Source: Haplodiscus bocki (Eukaryota). Taken from it: DNA of 64,000 bases. The translations under genes were made by a program, and so were the position numbers. Location: NCBI GenBank assembly GCA_965655095.1, contig OZ296650.1, forward strand, positions 102,548,001 through 102,612,000. Reading direction: 5' to 3'. Under the pieces are notes generated by a model, which made no database searches, was not told where the DNA came from, and was given only the letters and a program-made list of their open reading frames with translations. Within the stretch, counting starts at the first letter, position 1, and the number at the start of each line of letters is the position of its first letter. Shown one piece after another: positions 36,861 through 52,500 of the stretch.

Positions 36861-39800
36861 TGAAAAAAAAACAAAAGCCATTGTAATAGTTAGGCACTTT
36901 TATTCAGTGTGGACTAAAAATGAACGAACTGTGTGCCATAGAGGATGTATCAGCAAGTGTGTCGAAGCTTCAACATCTGTCTAATTTTGAAAAAAAAAGA
37001 GCTCACGCGGTTCCTTGTTGGGGATATTTACTCGAGACACTGGTTCTTATCAGCACAACTTTTGACAGCTCATTGAATTAAATCAAGAAAATTTTGTGAA
37101 ATTGTCCCAACTGATGGATGCTTCAGCAACTTGAAACTAGCAGCTATGCGTTCTCAACATGGAAATGGCGAGAGTTGAGCCTGCAACCTCTTGAATTTAT
37201 CGGGTAATAGGATTTATGGGGTCCTCCGCATGTACTCGCACATCGTACGAACTATTCGTATAATTAATGTGTAGAATTGATTGGTCTACTTAGTACGTGT
37301 ACACCCAAATCCGTTCAAGTACCATTCGAAAGACATCATTTTTGGACTGGGTTAAATTAATGTGCATTTTAATTGACCAGTAAAAACGTCCAGTTCTTTC
37401 TTCAAAAAGTGGCTGAGTGCGGTCCACTTAGTCCGGAGATGACGGAGATCAAAGACATTTGGTTTTGGCAATTCATCTGTGGATGAGATAGCTGCAAATC
37501 AATGATTCCAGTGATATAATTACGAATCGAGTTTACATTGACTAGAGAGTAGTCTTAAAGAATTTTATGATATTAAATTTAAGTTCAGTCAGTTATTCTT
37601 CTAATTTCAATTGGACTTGTACAAAGATTAAACAAAAATGTGAAAATGAATGATTGCGTTTGTTGACTCAAGTTCTTTTCTGGAATAAACTTGGAAAATC
37701 GATTCGACTTCTCGCAGGCATTATATCTCGTTCGGCTCTCGATAAATCCGTTCGCTGATGATTGAATATTGTCGAATGCGGAAAAAGCCCGAACAGAGTT
37801 ATTAAAGTGCTAGCAGCTGAAATAGCATAAATAAAAATGGGATTTATTTCATGGAAATAGAAGTTACATTTTTGGTCCAAATGTTTCGAAAGTCCCATAT
37901 TGTTAGTAGTTCCATGATAGTAGCAATGAGAGCGCAAATCACAAACTTGTGGATTTTTTTGTTCCACAGTCAATATATTTGGATTTCGTGTGACGTTTTG
38001 ATTAGCAATATTCTTGGGAATTTCAATATCCTCTGTTCATTCAAAAACACGCAGTTTTTAGAATCTGCCGAGAGCCAGGTATGTCCCATTTCATACTTTT
38101 CTAGATTTTTTCAATTTGATTTTTGAAGTTTGAAAAGTTTGCGTCCTTCTTAAATTGTTATTTTATCATCCCTACAGAGCTGATTGCCTCCTTATGGTGG
38201 TCATTTGAAAACCCGCATTGTGGAGAATCTTCGCAAAAAATCAGAATTGTCTTCTTTCATTCGTTTCATACTTCACACAAGAGATGTGTTGACTTGTTAC
38301 TTCACTTCGAAAAATTTTAACTTGCATCTTTTTTCAACTCCGTGTTTTCTGAAGTCTACCGTTTGGATTGCGGCGCTACAGTATTTTATTTTACAAAACA
38401 GCATGATGGTACTTTTGAGAAGGAACAGAGTTCCCCCTTTTCGTACGTTTCATAGTGCTTGTGAAATAGTTGGGTTTGTTTTTCGATATTCGAAAGTTTT
38501 TATTTGCGACTTTCAGTGGTTTCTCTCGGAGACTGCTGGTTGCTGGTGGGTACTTTTTAACATTGAAAACAACAAGAAAGAATTAAACCATTTTCGTCTG
38601 TTGGCAATTAGTCGATGCTCTTACTATTCAGCGCGTCAAAGAAATTGATTCACTAAGCGTCGGAAAATTGCAAGCTATTCAAAGCGGCAAAAAGTCATCA
38701 GTAGACTACCGAGAGGGAACTTTTCAACTTTTTGAAAACAACAAACACTGAAGAAGCTATATGCCTGAAGTCAAGTGGTACAGCGCTCGCTTCTGAAACT
38801 ATTCGCATGGATTTCGTTCCATGGTGTGAGTCTTCTTGGGAAAGTCTTCAAAATTCATTTTTCGTTTTCCCCATTACTCCAAAATTGCCGCAATTCAGAT
38901 TTGAAGTTTCAGGCACCTGATTCCCGAAAGATTGCGACATTCAGGTTTTGAAAAGATGCGAATGAGAACTAAACTAATAACACGGAATAAAAGATATTTA
39001 ACAAAATGAAAATTTAAAATGAAAGAAAACATGCTTCGGTCATTACGGTTTTAAAAAAATTAAGTTTTAGAAACAAAATAAATATGAACTGCCATGATGG
39101 AAGTAACAGATTTACTGTAGATAAGTGTTCTCTAGGAACAAAATACAAGCCACTTTAAAAACGCAACATCAAATGACGCTGCCTAAATTCCTCCCGCGAA
39201 TTTTGCTGTGGTTTCTCCAAAATATGACAGGCCTCTAATGTCTAAAGAATATAATACATTGCAGATCGATCAATGATCCGGGTGTGTCCTCTTACGTCCG
39301 TTATTGCTAACCCGCAATCACATAAATGATCTAATGAAGAGCCATCGTGACCAGGTTCCGTCATCGTGGTTTCAAAATGCCATTTTTTCTGTCCAATATA
39401 CTGGACACCGCACCCAGGACATGTAGTTTGCTAAACCATTTTCGATCTCATTCCATTGGGACAGGCGCTTTTAAACTTTCAATTTTCGAGTTGTGGGAAT
39501 GACAGTAAATCTGGGGCAGTTTTCCCTACTTCAACTTCTTGACAAACCAATCTGTGTCTGATCCACGATAGTCGAGAAATATGGGGCCATTGAGATTTTC
39601 CCAATCCTCAGATGTCGTCTGCGGGTTTTCGACTGATTCATCGTAAAACTTGTTGATAGAAAAAGCTCTTGTGAGAGGAATGAAAAGTTTTAATGGGTAT
39701 TGTTTGTTCTACAATAGCTGTTTCAAAATTTCGCGATTTTCTTGAAAATTCAGGAAGACGAAATTCGGAAGAGACAATAAATTTCACCTTTGGCAAGGGA

Positions 39801-42800
39801 AATTTTATACGCTGCAGGACAAGTTAATTCAGAATGACGTTTATGACCGTTTTTCTCTTGTGCCGAGAAACCTCAAGCTTTTCCGCTTGTATGTGGTTTT
39901 ACAGTGCAGAGACGATATTGATTACTTTTCTATAATTTTATGTATGAAAATTGAAAATTCTGGTTAGAGTTAAGACTGTTGGCGTATTCAAAGACAGGAG
40001 GGTAACGTTTCTTTTCCGGAATAGTTATTAGAATATCGTCCATATATTTAACACAATTTTTTTCATGTTAATGTTCGTGCAGAAAAGGCACTAATTCACC
40101 TGAGGAATGCAAAGGACGTTTTTACTCATTCTGATTGAAATTGTTTTAAAACCGGGTTCTGTCTAGTTTTTTTCTGTTCAGTCAGAAAGTCTATTCTCGG
40201 CGGTCAAAACGACCTTTCCGAACTTTGTGGTGAGTAGTTTTTTGAAATTATGAAAGATGCCATTTTGTAAATTGAAAATAAGCAACGGCCTCCTGAAGAG
40301 TCCGTTTGTCATATGAATTTTTAAAATCAAACAGTGTGGCACAGCCTTTTCTAATTCAATTTTTTCGTAGAAACGGATCCTTTACAGCTGTTCTAGTAGT
40401 TTTTAAAATTTCAATCTTGTTTGGGATCATGCTTTCAAATATGCATTTATTGTCTGCATTTATTATTTTCGAATGTATATTACGAAAGCAAAATCATTGA
40501 GGCCTTTTTTCTCCGGTCACTTTCCAATTTCGCGTGAACGTGATGACGTTTCGCAAAAAAATTACCCCAAAATGTTCCTGGACACGTAAAATGACGTTTT
40601 GTCAAAGTTGACGAAAATGTTTCGCTGAAAGTCCGAAAAATTTTCGCCGAAAGTCCTGAAAAGTTTGAATTTTCAAACTTTTTTCAAAATTTTTCCCAAA
40701 ATGTTCCTCTGAGTTCTTAGAATGCAATTTTGACAACCATGTGAAATTTTTTCCTGCGAAGTCCAACATTGTCGCTCAAAGTCCAAAAAAAATTTGTGTC
40801 TTCCTTTGAAATTTTAGTTGTTAAAAACTTTGTTAAGGAAGGGCTGGGCGGGAAAATCGGGAGTTATTGTCACTAACGGATTGCTCACAGTGACTGATGA
40901 TTTGGCGTTTTCAATACTTTCTTTGCGGTTTTTATAATCTAGAATAATTTATGAATACGCGAGCTTCATTTATTTCAACTACTTTCCATTCAAGTTATTA
41001 CTGCTGTTGCATGGCGCTGCAGTCTCAGATATCAGTTGCTCTTGCAAATTGTTAAAGTGTGTCCATCTTCTTGAAGAATTCCTAATCTTCAACTGTAGAA
41101 GTATGTGATTTCTCTTTGAGAGAAGTGGGGAACATAATTTGATTATTGAGCTTTCATATAAAACTGGTGAATGCAAGAACTATGTAATAACTTATACGCT
41201 TGAACGCAATTGAATTGTGGGAATGAATGAAAGTGGGATGAAATGTTTGGGTGGGCGAAGTCAACGAGGACCATCTTTAGTGCGGTACTGGAAGTTGGAA
41301 TTAAAATATACCTTAATCTGTTCGCGCAGACAAATGCCAAATTTTTAATGATAACCCCATCATAAACTATCCCAATTTTTTTTCCAGAAAGGAACGGTCA
41401 TAAGTTTGAGAAAAGGATTGGACCTTTGGTGTAATAACCATTTATGCCATAAGTATATTTTATTCAAAATACAAATACTGAAACTGACCAAAAAGTAACC
41501 TCGCGAAATTTTTTTGGAATTGGGGGTCACAAAGAATTGTGGTACATCCTTCAGCTTTATCAAATTTTTCCGAACAATTAAAACTATCCAAAACACCGAA
41601 GTTTTGCTCTTGAAAATGTTTTTTTTAAAGGAGTGATAGTAAATCAAGTTCTTCAGTACTAAAACTTTCCCTGAAACACTAGAAACGCTGAGAAATGTGG
41701 CTATTAATATCTTTTGCTTCGTTCAAAAATTGAATCTCAAAAACGACAATTGGCAAATTAGCGGTTGAAATTATCGGTGTCCGAACCCTGATGATTGATA
41801 CATCCTTAAAAATCTGCAATTGTTTTTAGCGCATTCCGTGAATAGTTAACACGGGTGAGCACGTGCACGCATACTTCCACTTTTGGGTTATAGATGCATT
41901 GCGTTATGAGAATGCATTGAAATAGGTCAACGGTAAAAGTCTTGATAAAATTGTTACAGGCATCGCGTATGTTTGAAATTTCAATGCTGTCAGATGCTTT
42001 GGCAAATTTGACATCTCGCGTCCATTCTTTTGTCTTATATTCTATTCATTCAGATCATACCTGTAGTAATCGACGTTATTCTCACCTTGTTCAACGGCTG
42101 CATATTTGTGGGCACTGCAGTGAACTTTGTTGACATTTTGTTACACGCAAGGTGGAAACTTTTTTCATGACCGTATAAGCACTTGATATGAGGAAGGTAA
42201 TTTTTGTTACTTGCTTAAGGCGTGTCAAAAATTATCGAATTTCTAGGTCATTCATAACAAAGGCATGACCTAAATATAAGCATTGCTTGTCAGATTTTTT
42301 TTACTATCGATCGAAGTAATCATCTATGCCATTCCTCTATTATCTGCTCAATTTGAAATTCAATCGTGTGAAATTGTCTCATTCATTTTCTGCATATTTA
42401 ATGGTCAAGATGCTTCGATGAAAGACTAATTTGACGTCTACTAGTGCTCAAAGGATGGATTTTTGTTGAATGGATTGGAGGTCTGAAGTACTCGAAAAAT
42501 GTATGGGTTCGAATCTTTGTGGGCTCACGCCAAATTTTGCATAGTTAATGCTTGATTTTTGCTTTCCGCGTGGCTGCATTTTATTGGTATTTGAAAAGTA
42601 TATCATTTGGTGTTTGAAAGGCTTGGAGAATATTTAATGTAATAGCCTCTCGGGGTGTCGTACGCACTGAAAAAACTTAGCGGGGGCAGTTGACTTCGGT
42701 CGGCGAATCTGAAGTTTTGCAGCGCTAGATCGAGTGTCACCAAAGGCGTCAAATTACTATAATGAACTTTCTGCGCTGTCTTAGAATCTGCTGTGCAATT

Positions 42801-44547
42801 ATGGTGTTTGTCTAAGAAGCGACAAAAATATTAAATAGTGTATTGGCGTTTGCTATATCACCATCCGCTGTCTCCTTTTTTTAAGTTGCATAAACTGCAC
42901 ACTTCATCGTGCCAATGTGCGGCTGATGTATCGTTGACATCAGTGAGGCTTAAGTAGCTAAAAAAAGTGATACTGGCATGGAATGCATTATATATTCAGT
43001 GCTGGTCAAGCTATATTTTTGAGGTGCTTCCTCTTTAGATTATTTGTTAAGGACCCAGATGTTTGTCATGTGTATGTGCTGCCCAATTCTAAATTGCCAA
43101 GCCGGCCCTACGGGTACACTGTCACTCTCTGCCTTTCCCAGCTTTTATCGTCATCTAGTATTACTATACCCCCTTGAGGTTTCTCGTTAGTTAGGCGGAG
43201 CTCATGTTCGCACCCTTTGCCTGCCACCCCCTTCAATGAAGCTATTGGCGTGTATTTGGCGCCAGTTGACGAGGCTGTACAAAAGCATACAGACGTACAA
43301 ACTTATCACGGAAATTGGTACATCCCCCAGCCGACTGTTTTCATGTGCTCCTGTGTACATTGTTTAGATGGTGCTATTGGCCTAAAATGAAACATATGTC
43401 TCCGTACAATGTCTTGAAATGAAGCGCTTTTTGGTCGAGCAGGTACAATATGTAAATAAATAAGGTGTAAATAATAGTCCAGGTTCGCAACTTTGGAAGT
43501 GAATTCCTGCAAATTTGTAAACGCGTCATTGCATTGTTTCGATCATGCCAAGCCTTTGCTTTGGTGACTGCGCTGTTTCATGGATTCATGCAAGTCGTGC
43601 AGCTGTACACGCGACTGTCAATGATGGTTTTAGTGCAGAGCAAATAGATAGATGGTATGTTGAACTATGGCGACTGCCGGCTCTGAATTTTTTGATGTTA
43701 TTTAGAGCATTGTATTTACTACTATATACTACACTCACACAAGCAAATTGTCAATGTGCAAATAGAAACACAGTAACCAAAAAAGCTACATTGGCCAGAC
43801 AGATTTTAATGTTGGATTGGTACTATAGGAATACTTACTGCATGCACGTATTGGTGCTTGTGTAGCAAATGGATTTTGCGGCGGCGTGACTGTGAGTGAA
43901 TGTAATGGTTGGCAGATAAGCTGCCTATTTTGATCCAATTTTTAAATTCACTTGTTTTTATGCTCTTTTTGATGCTATCTCTCACCCCACCCAGCCCCAG
44001 CCACCACCGCACCCCGCGCAATGAAACAATTTCGCCACCGCTACCTGTGAGCTCATCAGCTGCTCCTCTACTGATGCTAACTTCACTGTTGTTATAACCA
44101 GCAAATTATCTAATCTATCTCCGATGCCATTTTCTCTCTCTGCACGGAAAAATTCATTCTACACGACACAACTTAGTTATCCGGCTAAACCAGTGCGATG
44201 GTCTTTTTAACTAACCTTGGCTACCTTTATGTTATCACTGATTTTTTGATCAATGGGCACAGGGGAAAACAACCCAAAACACAAGTTAATTCCCGTTTAT
44301 ATTAGTTCATGCTGCAATTTTGTTTCGGCAGTCTGTTAATTGCGATTGCCCATTGATTGCTATTATCAATTAGCCCCTTTTCAACCCAAATAATTTCACT
44401 TGTTCAATAACGATAGGCCAGTATTTGCAAACCCATGAGGTTTCTCAGCCAAAAAAGACCTCAATGTCAAATGCATGAAAGCTTTATGCATGTACGTAAA
44501 TTACTTGGGAATGCTATGACTGAAATGATGTTTTATGTGTATGTTAT

Positions 44548-44938
44548 GGCTGTACCGGAATTCTGGATCGGAATCAAAAATTCGGGATCCGGTTGCAAGC
44601 CGGAATAGATTTGAAATCCGGCCGGAATTCCGAAAACAAAAACATAATTTTATATCCAAAAATTACACTGTGAATTTTGAACTCGATATGTTTCAATACT
44701 CAACCGAAAAAACACCCGTCTAAAGGAATCATATGTCGCTATGGCACAGAAAGCTGTTATCTGTTTCGGGGTGCCACTAATCAATGATTTTGGTTAATAT
44801 ATCACCTATTGTGTGAAAGAGGCATACATCGACAAAAAAGTCATTGATATAACGGTCAGTTTGAATAGACCCATTTCTGGATCCGGCTACATCGAAGTCT
44901 GTTCCGGCCGGATGTGTGAATGGCGATTTGGTACAGCC
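44548..44938. mobile_element. Small non-autonomous TIR element (hAT-like MITE)
   Basis: GGCTGTACC...GGTACAGCC termini with several internal CCGGA/TCCGG subterminal motifs. The TSD is not clean. Confidence 0.55.
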
Positions 44939-46239
44939 CAAATGTGTCAAATTTATCTTTCATAAAACATCCCTCTTGGTACATTTTGAAATTCCAGCCA
45001 AACAGTCGTAGTTATTTCACAAATGTATCCCTAAGATTTTGCAAAATAATGTTCAAAAAGCCTTACAACTTTAGCCGTCGAAAATTATTCCCTAATTCCC
45101 AAAAGTTTACCGGCATTTTTAGCTGTTCATTATAAAAGTTTAGGTTTGTCGTTTGGTGTCAAACGAATCATTTGGATCAAGAATGGGTTAAAAAGTCGAA
45201 AAACGCGTATCTAGGGTGGTAAAACATTTACGAAGTAGCGGAGATTTTGTACCTTTTACGGAAAATCCTAATTGAAAAATCAGGGTTTTACTTTCGCCGT
45301 TCGTTAAAATTGGTATCTCTGAAGCCTATCCGTCATCTGGGCGTTAACTTGAACAAAACTCAAATTACGGGCTACGTATTGATTGTGCACAGCAGTAGAG
45401 CTGGTCGTTTCTATCATTTTCTGCGAAAGAAAACAGTACGTGTATGTGGGAGGAAGTCAATGAAAGTTTCACTTGCATCGTGAAGCTGGTTTTTTTTAAA
45501 AAAATAACCTTTGCAATGCTTATCTTCGGGCGCTAAATCAACTTCTCGTTGCCTAGTACACTTGCGAAATTGCATGCATCTTCCATTTATAGTGAGATAT
45601 AAGATATAATGTAGTTTGAAAAAGGAATATCAGAATGGTTTCAACTTCCACCTGTCGTCAAAAGTGATTTCATTACACGAGCGAGCAAACGAAGTTAAGT
45701 GTTTTGCGGACAGCGTTCGTTTTTTCCGTGCATATCCAACTGGCTTTTTTTTGTTAGATTTAATTTCCCACCGAAATTCGTAATTTGTTGCCTTTTCATT
45801 GCCAATTCTTGTAGCGTGTCCCAATTGCCACCGTGCTTGCCTGCTGGAAAGGCGTTTTTTCTAGTGCGGGAGCAAATAAATAGCTCAGTGGTTCAAATTA
45901 TCCTGCTGATACAAATAGAACATCAAAGTTTAGACATACATCTTTCTTCAAACGCGTTTTTCTTTAATGATGGTATGTATGATTGCTTCTATCTGACGCG
46001 ACTTCGAGTACTCGTAATCAGAGAAGCTGTGAAGTGGGAAGGATGCTTTTTATCATCTCGAAGAATGTCAGCTTGTAAATGCAAAATTGAAAATATTTTC
46101 CCTTCGTTTTTCTTAGTTCCTATTGTCCTGATTGTGTCCCCCAGGCACTGATCTTAATACTCGCTCCATGGAGTTGCTGGTAAACTGTTCTGATAATCTG
46201 TTTTCAACTTTTGTCGCGATATACCGTCACTTGTGTTTA

Positions 46240-46545
46240 CACTTGCGCAAGCAAGATATATAACCGTTTTTTTTTGCTTTTTTCCGATCGGTTCACAACT
46301 CGCACAAGTTCCTAGACTTTGACCAAAGAGAGGATTGTTTGTCCCAGGCTCGAACTCTGGGACCCTTTCGCGCCGCAGTCGCATGCTCTACTGACTGTGC
46401 CATTAGCGTTTCTCACTTGTGTGTAAATGTAGAATTAACTGAGTTTCTGTACACTTGCTATCGGTAATATTCGTCGTGTCGGGGGTCCCTGTACAAATCA
46501 GTTTTTTTAGTTGATTTGTTCACTAATACTCCGCTGGCGCAAGTG
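46240..46545. mobile_element. CACTTGCGC-terminated MITE, copy 2 (contains a tRNA-like segment)
   Basis: CACTTGCGC...GCGCAAGTG termini, with an internal minus-strand tRNA-like sequence at 46341-46408. Confidence 0.8.
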
Positions 46546-49500
46546 TTTCGAAGCACAGTTTCGACCCTACGCTGGAAAATCGGAGACTTTTCTTGTTCTT
46601 TGTGTCTTTGTTGACGTTTATTGTTCGGATTGGGTTCATCCACTGCTGGTTCAACTAATCACTGCCTGTTGCTTCCAATGAGCGGCTGTGATTGTAGTTT
46701 TTCAACTGTTGTCGCGAGATAGCGTAAATTTCGCTCTGAAAATGGGAGATGTGTACTTCGTTGCTGATATTCTTGATGACTGATTTCCGGATTAAATCCA
46801 GTGCTGATTCCAGTGCTCACAGCTGGGAGCTTTGAAAGGTGTTGCGATCGTGTCGTCGGCTTTCACGGTGAAATATCGGAACTGGTGTTGGAAAACTGGT
46901 TTCTACTTGTATCGAAGGCGTTTATCTTGGACTTTTGGTCCGGTGTCAATTCGTGTTTAAATCGCCCAACCGCCACTGAAGGAGCAAGAGAAATGTTTTG
47001 GCTCATAGTAGGCGAATCCCTTTTACTTTGGTCTCGTCAGAAGCGTCTTTCCATCGCATTCATTGATGCAGCCTATATTTATATAGTTGTATTATTGGGT
47101 TTTTCATACCTCGAGAGGTGGTCTGTTAATTTTTTGTCTTTAAAGTATCTTGGCAAGTACTCCAAAAATCCAACCAGTCTTTTCTTGAGTCTTTTATTTT
47201 TCTTGGTTTGTGCTGAGGTATTCGCCAAAAGTGTTCTCGGTAATGAATGATCACGTAGTTATTCAAGCAAAAAGTGAATGTTTCAATCAATGGTAGTTGT
47301 TGAATGTATAGCAATTTGGTTCTCGAAAATATGCTGCTTTCGTTAGTTTTGGTTACGTTAGTTACGTCGAAGAAATTTTGATAACTGTCTGCAAAAATTC
47401 GATTATGGTTCGCGAGTTTTTGCAAAACACGACTTAGTCTGTGTGATACTCGCGATAAACAAGTGTTTTTGCAATCGGGCAAGCCGTCTTTTTTGCTGAC
47501 CTCACTTTACCTTATCTTTCTCTGGTGTACTGGCATTGCTACTGCTGACGTCCGTTGACGCTGCGCACTCAATTTTTGTCGCTGATGCCGCGCCAAGTAA
47601 TATTAGTTTACTCCCAATAGTCCTATGATAAATTTAGCGATGTTTAACTTTGTGATCGGTGGTGTTCGTTTTTGTTGCGAGAAACATTCTACTTGTTGAG
47701 GACTCGAATATTGTTTTGCAATTTTTCGAATTAACTTCAGTCAAAAATGCGTCCATCATCAGATCATCGGATTTTTCACCTACACATGCCTGTTGTTTTT
47801 GCTGAATGAAAAGGAAGATGTGTTTCGAGGTCCTGCTTCGCCTATATTATTTCTGTTTGTAAACAAGATTGTTTTTCTCAATGACTTTTTGTTGGGATGT
47901 CTTCATCTAGAATTTATTCAACTCACTGTGGCATGAAGTAACTTTGATTGCCCGTTCTTATGTTTCTTTTGGTTAAAACTCTTAGACTTGAAATGAATAT
48001 TGAAGTTGTTTCACTTTTGTTCGGTATATTAGTTTTTTTCATTGGTTTGTGGTCGGATTTGACCCATCCAGCGCTGATTCGACCAACTCTGGCGCAGATT
48101 TGAAGCGAGGTGAGTTAAAGAGTGCATATTTTGTTTTATTTTGCGAAAAATGTTCTCATGTAATTTAAAAGTCGAAAATGCTTTGACTTTTGTCAATCTT
48201 TAAAATTGTTTATCCATAGTGGTCATTTTGCTTGCTTCTTAACTTATTCATTCACTCGCTGCTTTGAGCTCCTGCTGAAATGAATGTATTGTACCGGCAT
48301 CAAATGACTCGGGGGAAAAGTTTAATTGTTTTGCGATGAATAATTCAGTTGAGAAATTGTGACCGTGAAGCAGTGAGCGCGAGTTAGTTTTTTGGTCCTT
48401 CCCAAATTTCACTGAAACTTCGTTTTGTGTGTTTGCGCACCGAAGCTTCGCCTGTGTTTAGTAATTATAGATCTGATCAGTTTCACAGCGCCGTGTCTCA
48501 ATCAATGAGTAAGTTGAAGTTTTTGTTTCCAACGTTCAACTTTTACCCACGTTGCGTTACAGCTTCTTCAATATTCAAAATTTTGCGTCTGTCTGTTATT
48601 TTGGTTTTCGATGTTGAAAATTTAAAAGTATGTTGAGTTACTAGAATTTCTCTCAAAAGCTAGTGATCAGATGCCCGATATTGCACGTGGATTGGTCCAA
48701 ACTTGAAAGATCTTGTTTCAAACAGTGCATCTTTTGTCTTATTATGATTAAACGGCAATTCCAATCTCAAAGACCTTATTCTTACCTTTCGTTGTTTTCA
48801 AATAACCACTACCCAAAACTTGAAAATTTAATAATGTCCGAGAACTCGGTTTTGTCTCGCGAGTTTTGCGAAGCACCACTTCACCTGTTTAACAATTAGA
48901 TGGTAGGTCTCATGAAGACGGCTAAAGCGGTACTGTTTTTTGCTATCGTGAGCAACGCTGTGGTTTTACAGCCTGCGTGTACTTTCCTTGCTTTCACATA
49001 GCTGTTTGTTGAGAAATTATAAAATGTAACTTTGACGACTTTAGTGTGCTTAACTTGGCCAGTAAATGAATTTTTTTAATGATGATTTTTTTCGTTTATC
49101 GAACCAGTTTTGTCAAAGTTGCTTCCCTGAAAAACCTGTTGGATTGCGACCATGCGCCATCCAAGGTTCATCCAGACGCCCGCAATATGGAGAATCGGTG
49201 GAGAAGCCTGGGAGGTTCGGTTACATTTTTTTAATGAAATATGTTGAGTTGGAGGTTGAAGATCGAAAACTTTGTTGTTTCTCTCGAAAAATACTGGTTG
49301 GATTGTAGGAATCCAGTGCTCGGTCGATATATTTTCGAAAATTGGTGGAGAAGCGGGAATGTCCCCTTGCATACTTCCCGCTAGGAATTTTTGATTTGAA
49401 ATTCAATTATGTTTCAGATCATCTTTTTTAGGTTGTTTTTCTCAACGAATCGCGGTTGATTTTCTGCCATTCAGAGCCCATGCAAACTCACTCAATTTGG

Positions 49501-52500
49501 AGAATTTCCGGAAAACCCAGGAGGTCCCGTAACATACTTTCCACATAAATCATTTGTGTTATTGCGTGTTTTTCTAATAATGCTGGTTGAATTGCGGCCA
49601 TCCATTTCCTTACTTGACAAGTACGATTCTTTTTGAATAGCTAAATTTTCTCGTTACTTTTCTTAAGTAGAAACGTTTTAGAATTTGCTATAAAGAGTAA
49701 TCGAATAAGCAGTTTCCGTCGACGGGCAATTAGCTGATGCCGTTCCTCACCTTCGTTGCAAGTGTATGCCAAGTACAGAACCACCTCTATGTGGAGAAAT
49801 TTTTGTTTCATTCGCGTTCAACGGCAGCTGTGCTGTAATTTGGTCATTTAAAAATTTCAGCTCAAAATGGTGCAATCGTGAATTGGTTCTTATACGTAAA
49901 AAAACGCAGACTGCGTGGATCATTTCTGCTCCGTATTATTGGGAATGGGACTCAAACCTTCAGCCTACCTGTTGGGAGGGACTATGTGGCTCATACAAAA
50001 TTGGGGTATCACGAAGAAAATGTTAATGTTCAAAGTTTTAAATTTCAGTGGATAACGACGAAATCCCGAAAAAAAATCGGTGTTTACTTCTCTAGGTAGA
50101 AATTTATTTGAAGAAATGTTTTCTATATATGCAAAAGAGGGAATTCACGGAAAAATTTGGCATTTTGTTGAATGGAAAGTTGAGAGCCAAAATTCCCGAA
50201 AAATGCAAGATTGAGTTTTTGTCTACTTGGAAATAACGGGATTGGCTTTTCTGCCAAAAATGCTGCACATTTTTTTGCAAAATTGGAACATTCGTATTAA
50301 TTTTTGCTGTATTCGTAATTAAATAGTTGATTTCGAGAGCAAAACTTCCTGAAAAAAGGACGAAAAAATAGTTATTCTCATCTTTTTGAATATATTAAAA
50401 ACGACTTTTCTGGAAAAATTAAAACGTGTGTCTATATTGGTCTAGACTGGATTTGTTGGTGAAAAGGTGAATTTGGAACCAAAAACTCTGCAGGTGACAG
50501 GAAAAAACGATGAAAATGCTAAAAAATAGAGGCTTCTATCACTTCGTTTGCTCGCCTGTAGAACTTCTGTTTAATAGTGGTCCTTCTGTTTAAAATAGTC
50601 ATTCCACATTTGCCCAAACTGTTTACACATGAGGACGGTACGCGTTCTCGAATGGCAAATATTAATCAAAAGATTAGTTCAAGTCAAACAATCTGGCTTG
50701 TCATGCGAGAGATTGCCCCTCGGTTCCATATCAGCGAAAATTCAATACGGGCGTTTACTTGATTTTTGATGTAAAATTAAAAAATGTTGAACAAAAAGTG
50801 GTGTCGAAACTAACCGAGTTGCACACTCAGTTACCAGTTGAGTTAATTATTGCGGTAATGCTTTTCGTCTTTCGTATAAAAGGCTTACTGATGGTTGTTT
50901 TTCAATCATTCGTTTTGGTCAATTTATGTCCTTCAGATTCTACACGTGTAACAGTGCAGAAACTGAAAGAATCCTTGGTTTCTGCTTTGATGAACATCCA
51001 AAAAGTGACTGCATGTGGTGTGAAAGTACATTTTGTCAGTTCCACTTAGAGTACCTGCTAAAAAAAGTTGTTGAGAATTTTCCAGGGTACCGTTTTTGGG
51101 TCATTCAATGTGTGGATGCTGTGTGGAGCTTTATTGAATTGACATTTTTTTTGTTACGCTCAACGTTCAAATAGGAAACTTGTATTGAAAAATGGTATGG
51201 TTGTTGTCGTGCTAGTCATCAAAGTTCAAAGACATAATGACGTAAGCAAGTGATTGAATTGAATAGTTCTTGCAGCAATCGTCTTCATCTATGAAGTTCA
51301 AAGTGAAACCTGTCTCTGTTTTGGAAGAGAGACTTCTCTCTGATTTTATGTACTGTCTTCGTCTCATGCCAAATGCCATTAGTGCTGTGCTTCTGCCGCT
51401 ACTGTTACCTCTGTGTACCTGTGCCGGTGTTGTTCAATCAAGGAATTAACACAACATCAAATGATCCACAATTGCATCAAATACGAACGGAAAAGAACAT
51501 AGCAGAGCAGAAACGGTAGCCTCATCTCCACTCAAGATGTTCTCTTCTGTTGGTCATAACTAACTAACAACTTTCTGCAAACAACCTCCTTTAACCCTCC
51601 CCCCCCTAACCTGAAAAGCACCAGCGCAGAGACTTCTTACAGTGTTGTGGATGGTGCATGTAGATGTTAGCTGTCCCCTCCCCTTGAAGTGCTGCGTGCC
51701 TTACGTGACCCCCGCGGTGTTTTGTTTTGGCTCCTGTTACCAATAGATTATAATTTCCCTCTTGGGTATTCATTTCGGGACTCAGCACTGCTGTGCTATA
51801 GTGTGCCGTGATGCGGTTGAAAACAACCTGGTATGAAAGAATGGATAACTAAGTTATTATCAAGTTATGCGTATTCATTATAGACACAGTTGATACTCAC
51901 CATATCTAACTAACTTTATTTTGTGATGCTGGTAGCTTTTTTTCATGCCACCGCTACTAACACAACGCTACTATAGTTCATTTGGGGAATTGTGGCAAAG
52001 AGACGAAGGCAAAGCATCATTAGACCCACTCGTCCGTGCGCCTTGCCATGACGTCACAAGTTTCCAGTTGTTAGAACGGCCGCCATTAAAATCGCCGTGT
52101 CCTAATGTTGCCTGGCACTACACGGACAAGCGAGAAAAAAGAAACATAGAGTTACTTTACCCGTTGACATTGTTCAACAAAAATTTTATTGCTACTACAG
52201 AATTCTACACTTGGATATCGCCATGTTTTTTCGAGCTTTAGTAGTGCTAGTAGTAGGACTATAGCTACATTGCCTTACCTTCTCGGTATCTTATACTTTT
52301 TGCTTGTAACCAACTAACTTCTCTTACCGCCGGCTGCCATTGTCGTCACCGGTTGGTGGTTGCCGTGCTTATTTATATTATTCGGTTTGTATTCTTTTCT
52401 TGTTGGCATTTTGCTTCTCTGGATTTGCCTCGCATTGTTGTTTTTATTGAAAAATTATCCATTCATGTTTTTTTCTACTTCACTCAACTGTATCATCTAC

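Noticed and set aside
37000-39900. Possible degenerate retroelement pol sequence
   Set aside because: No RT, RNase H or integrase motif could be read with confidence.
46341-46408. Functional tRNA gene
   Set aside because: It lacks a proper acceptor stem and is embedded in a repeated MITE.
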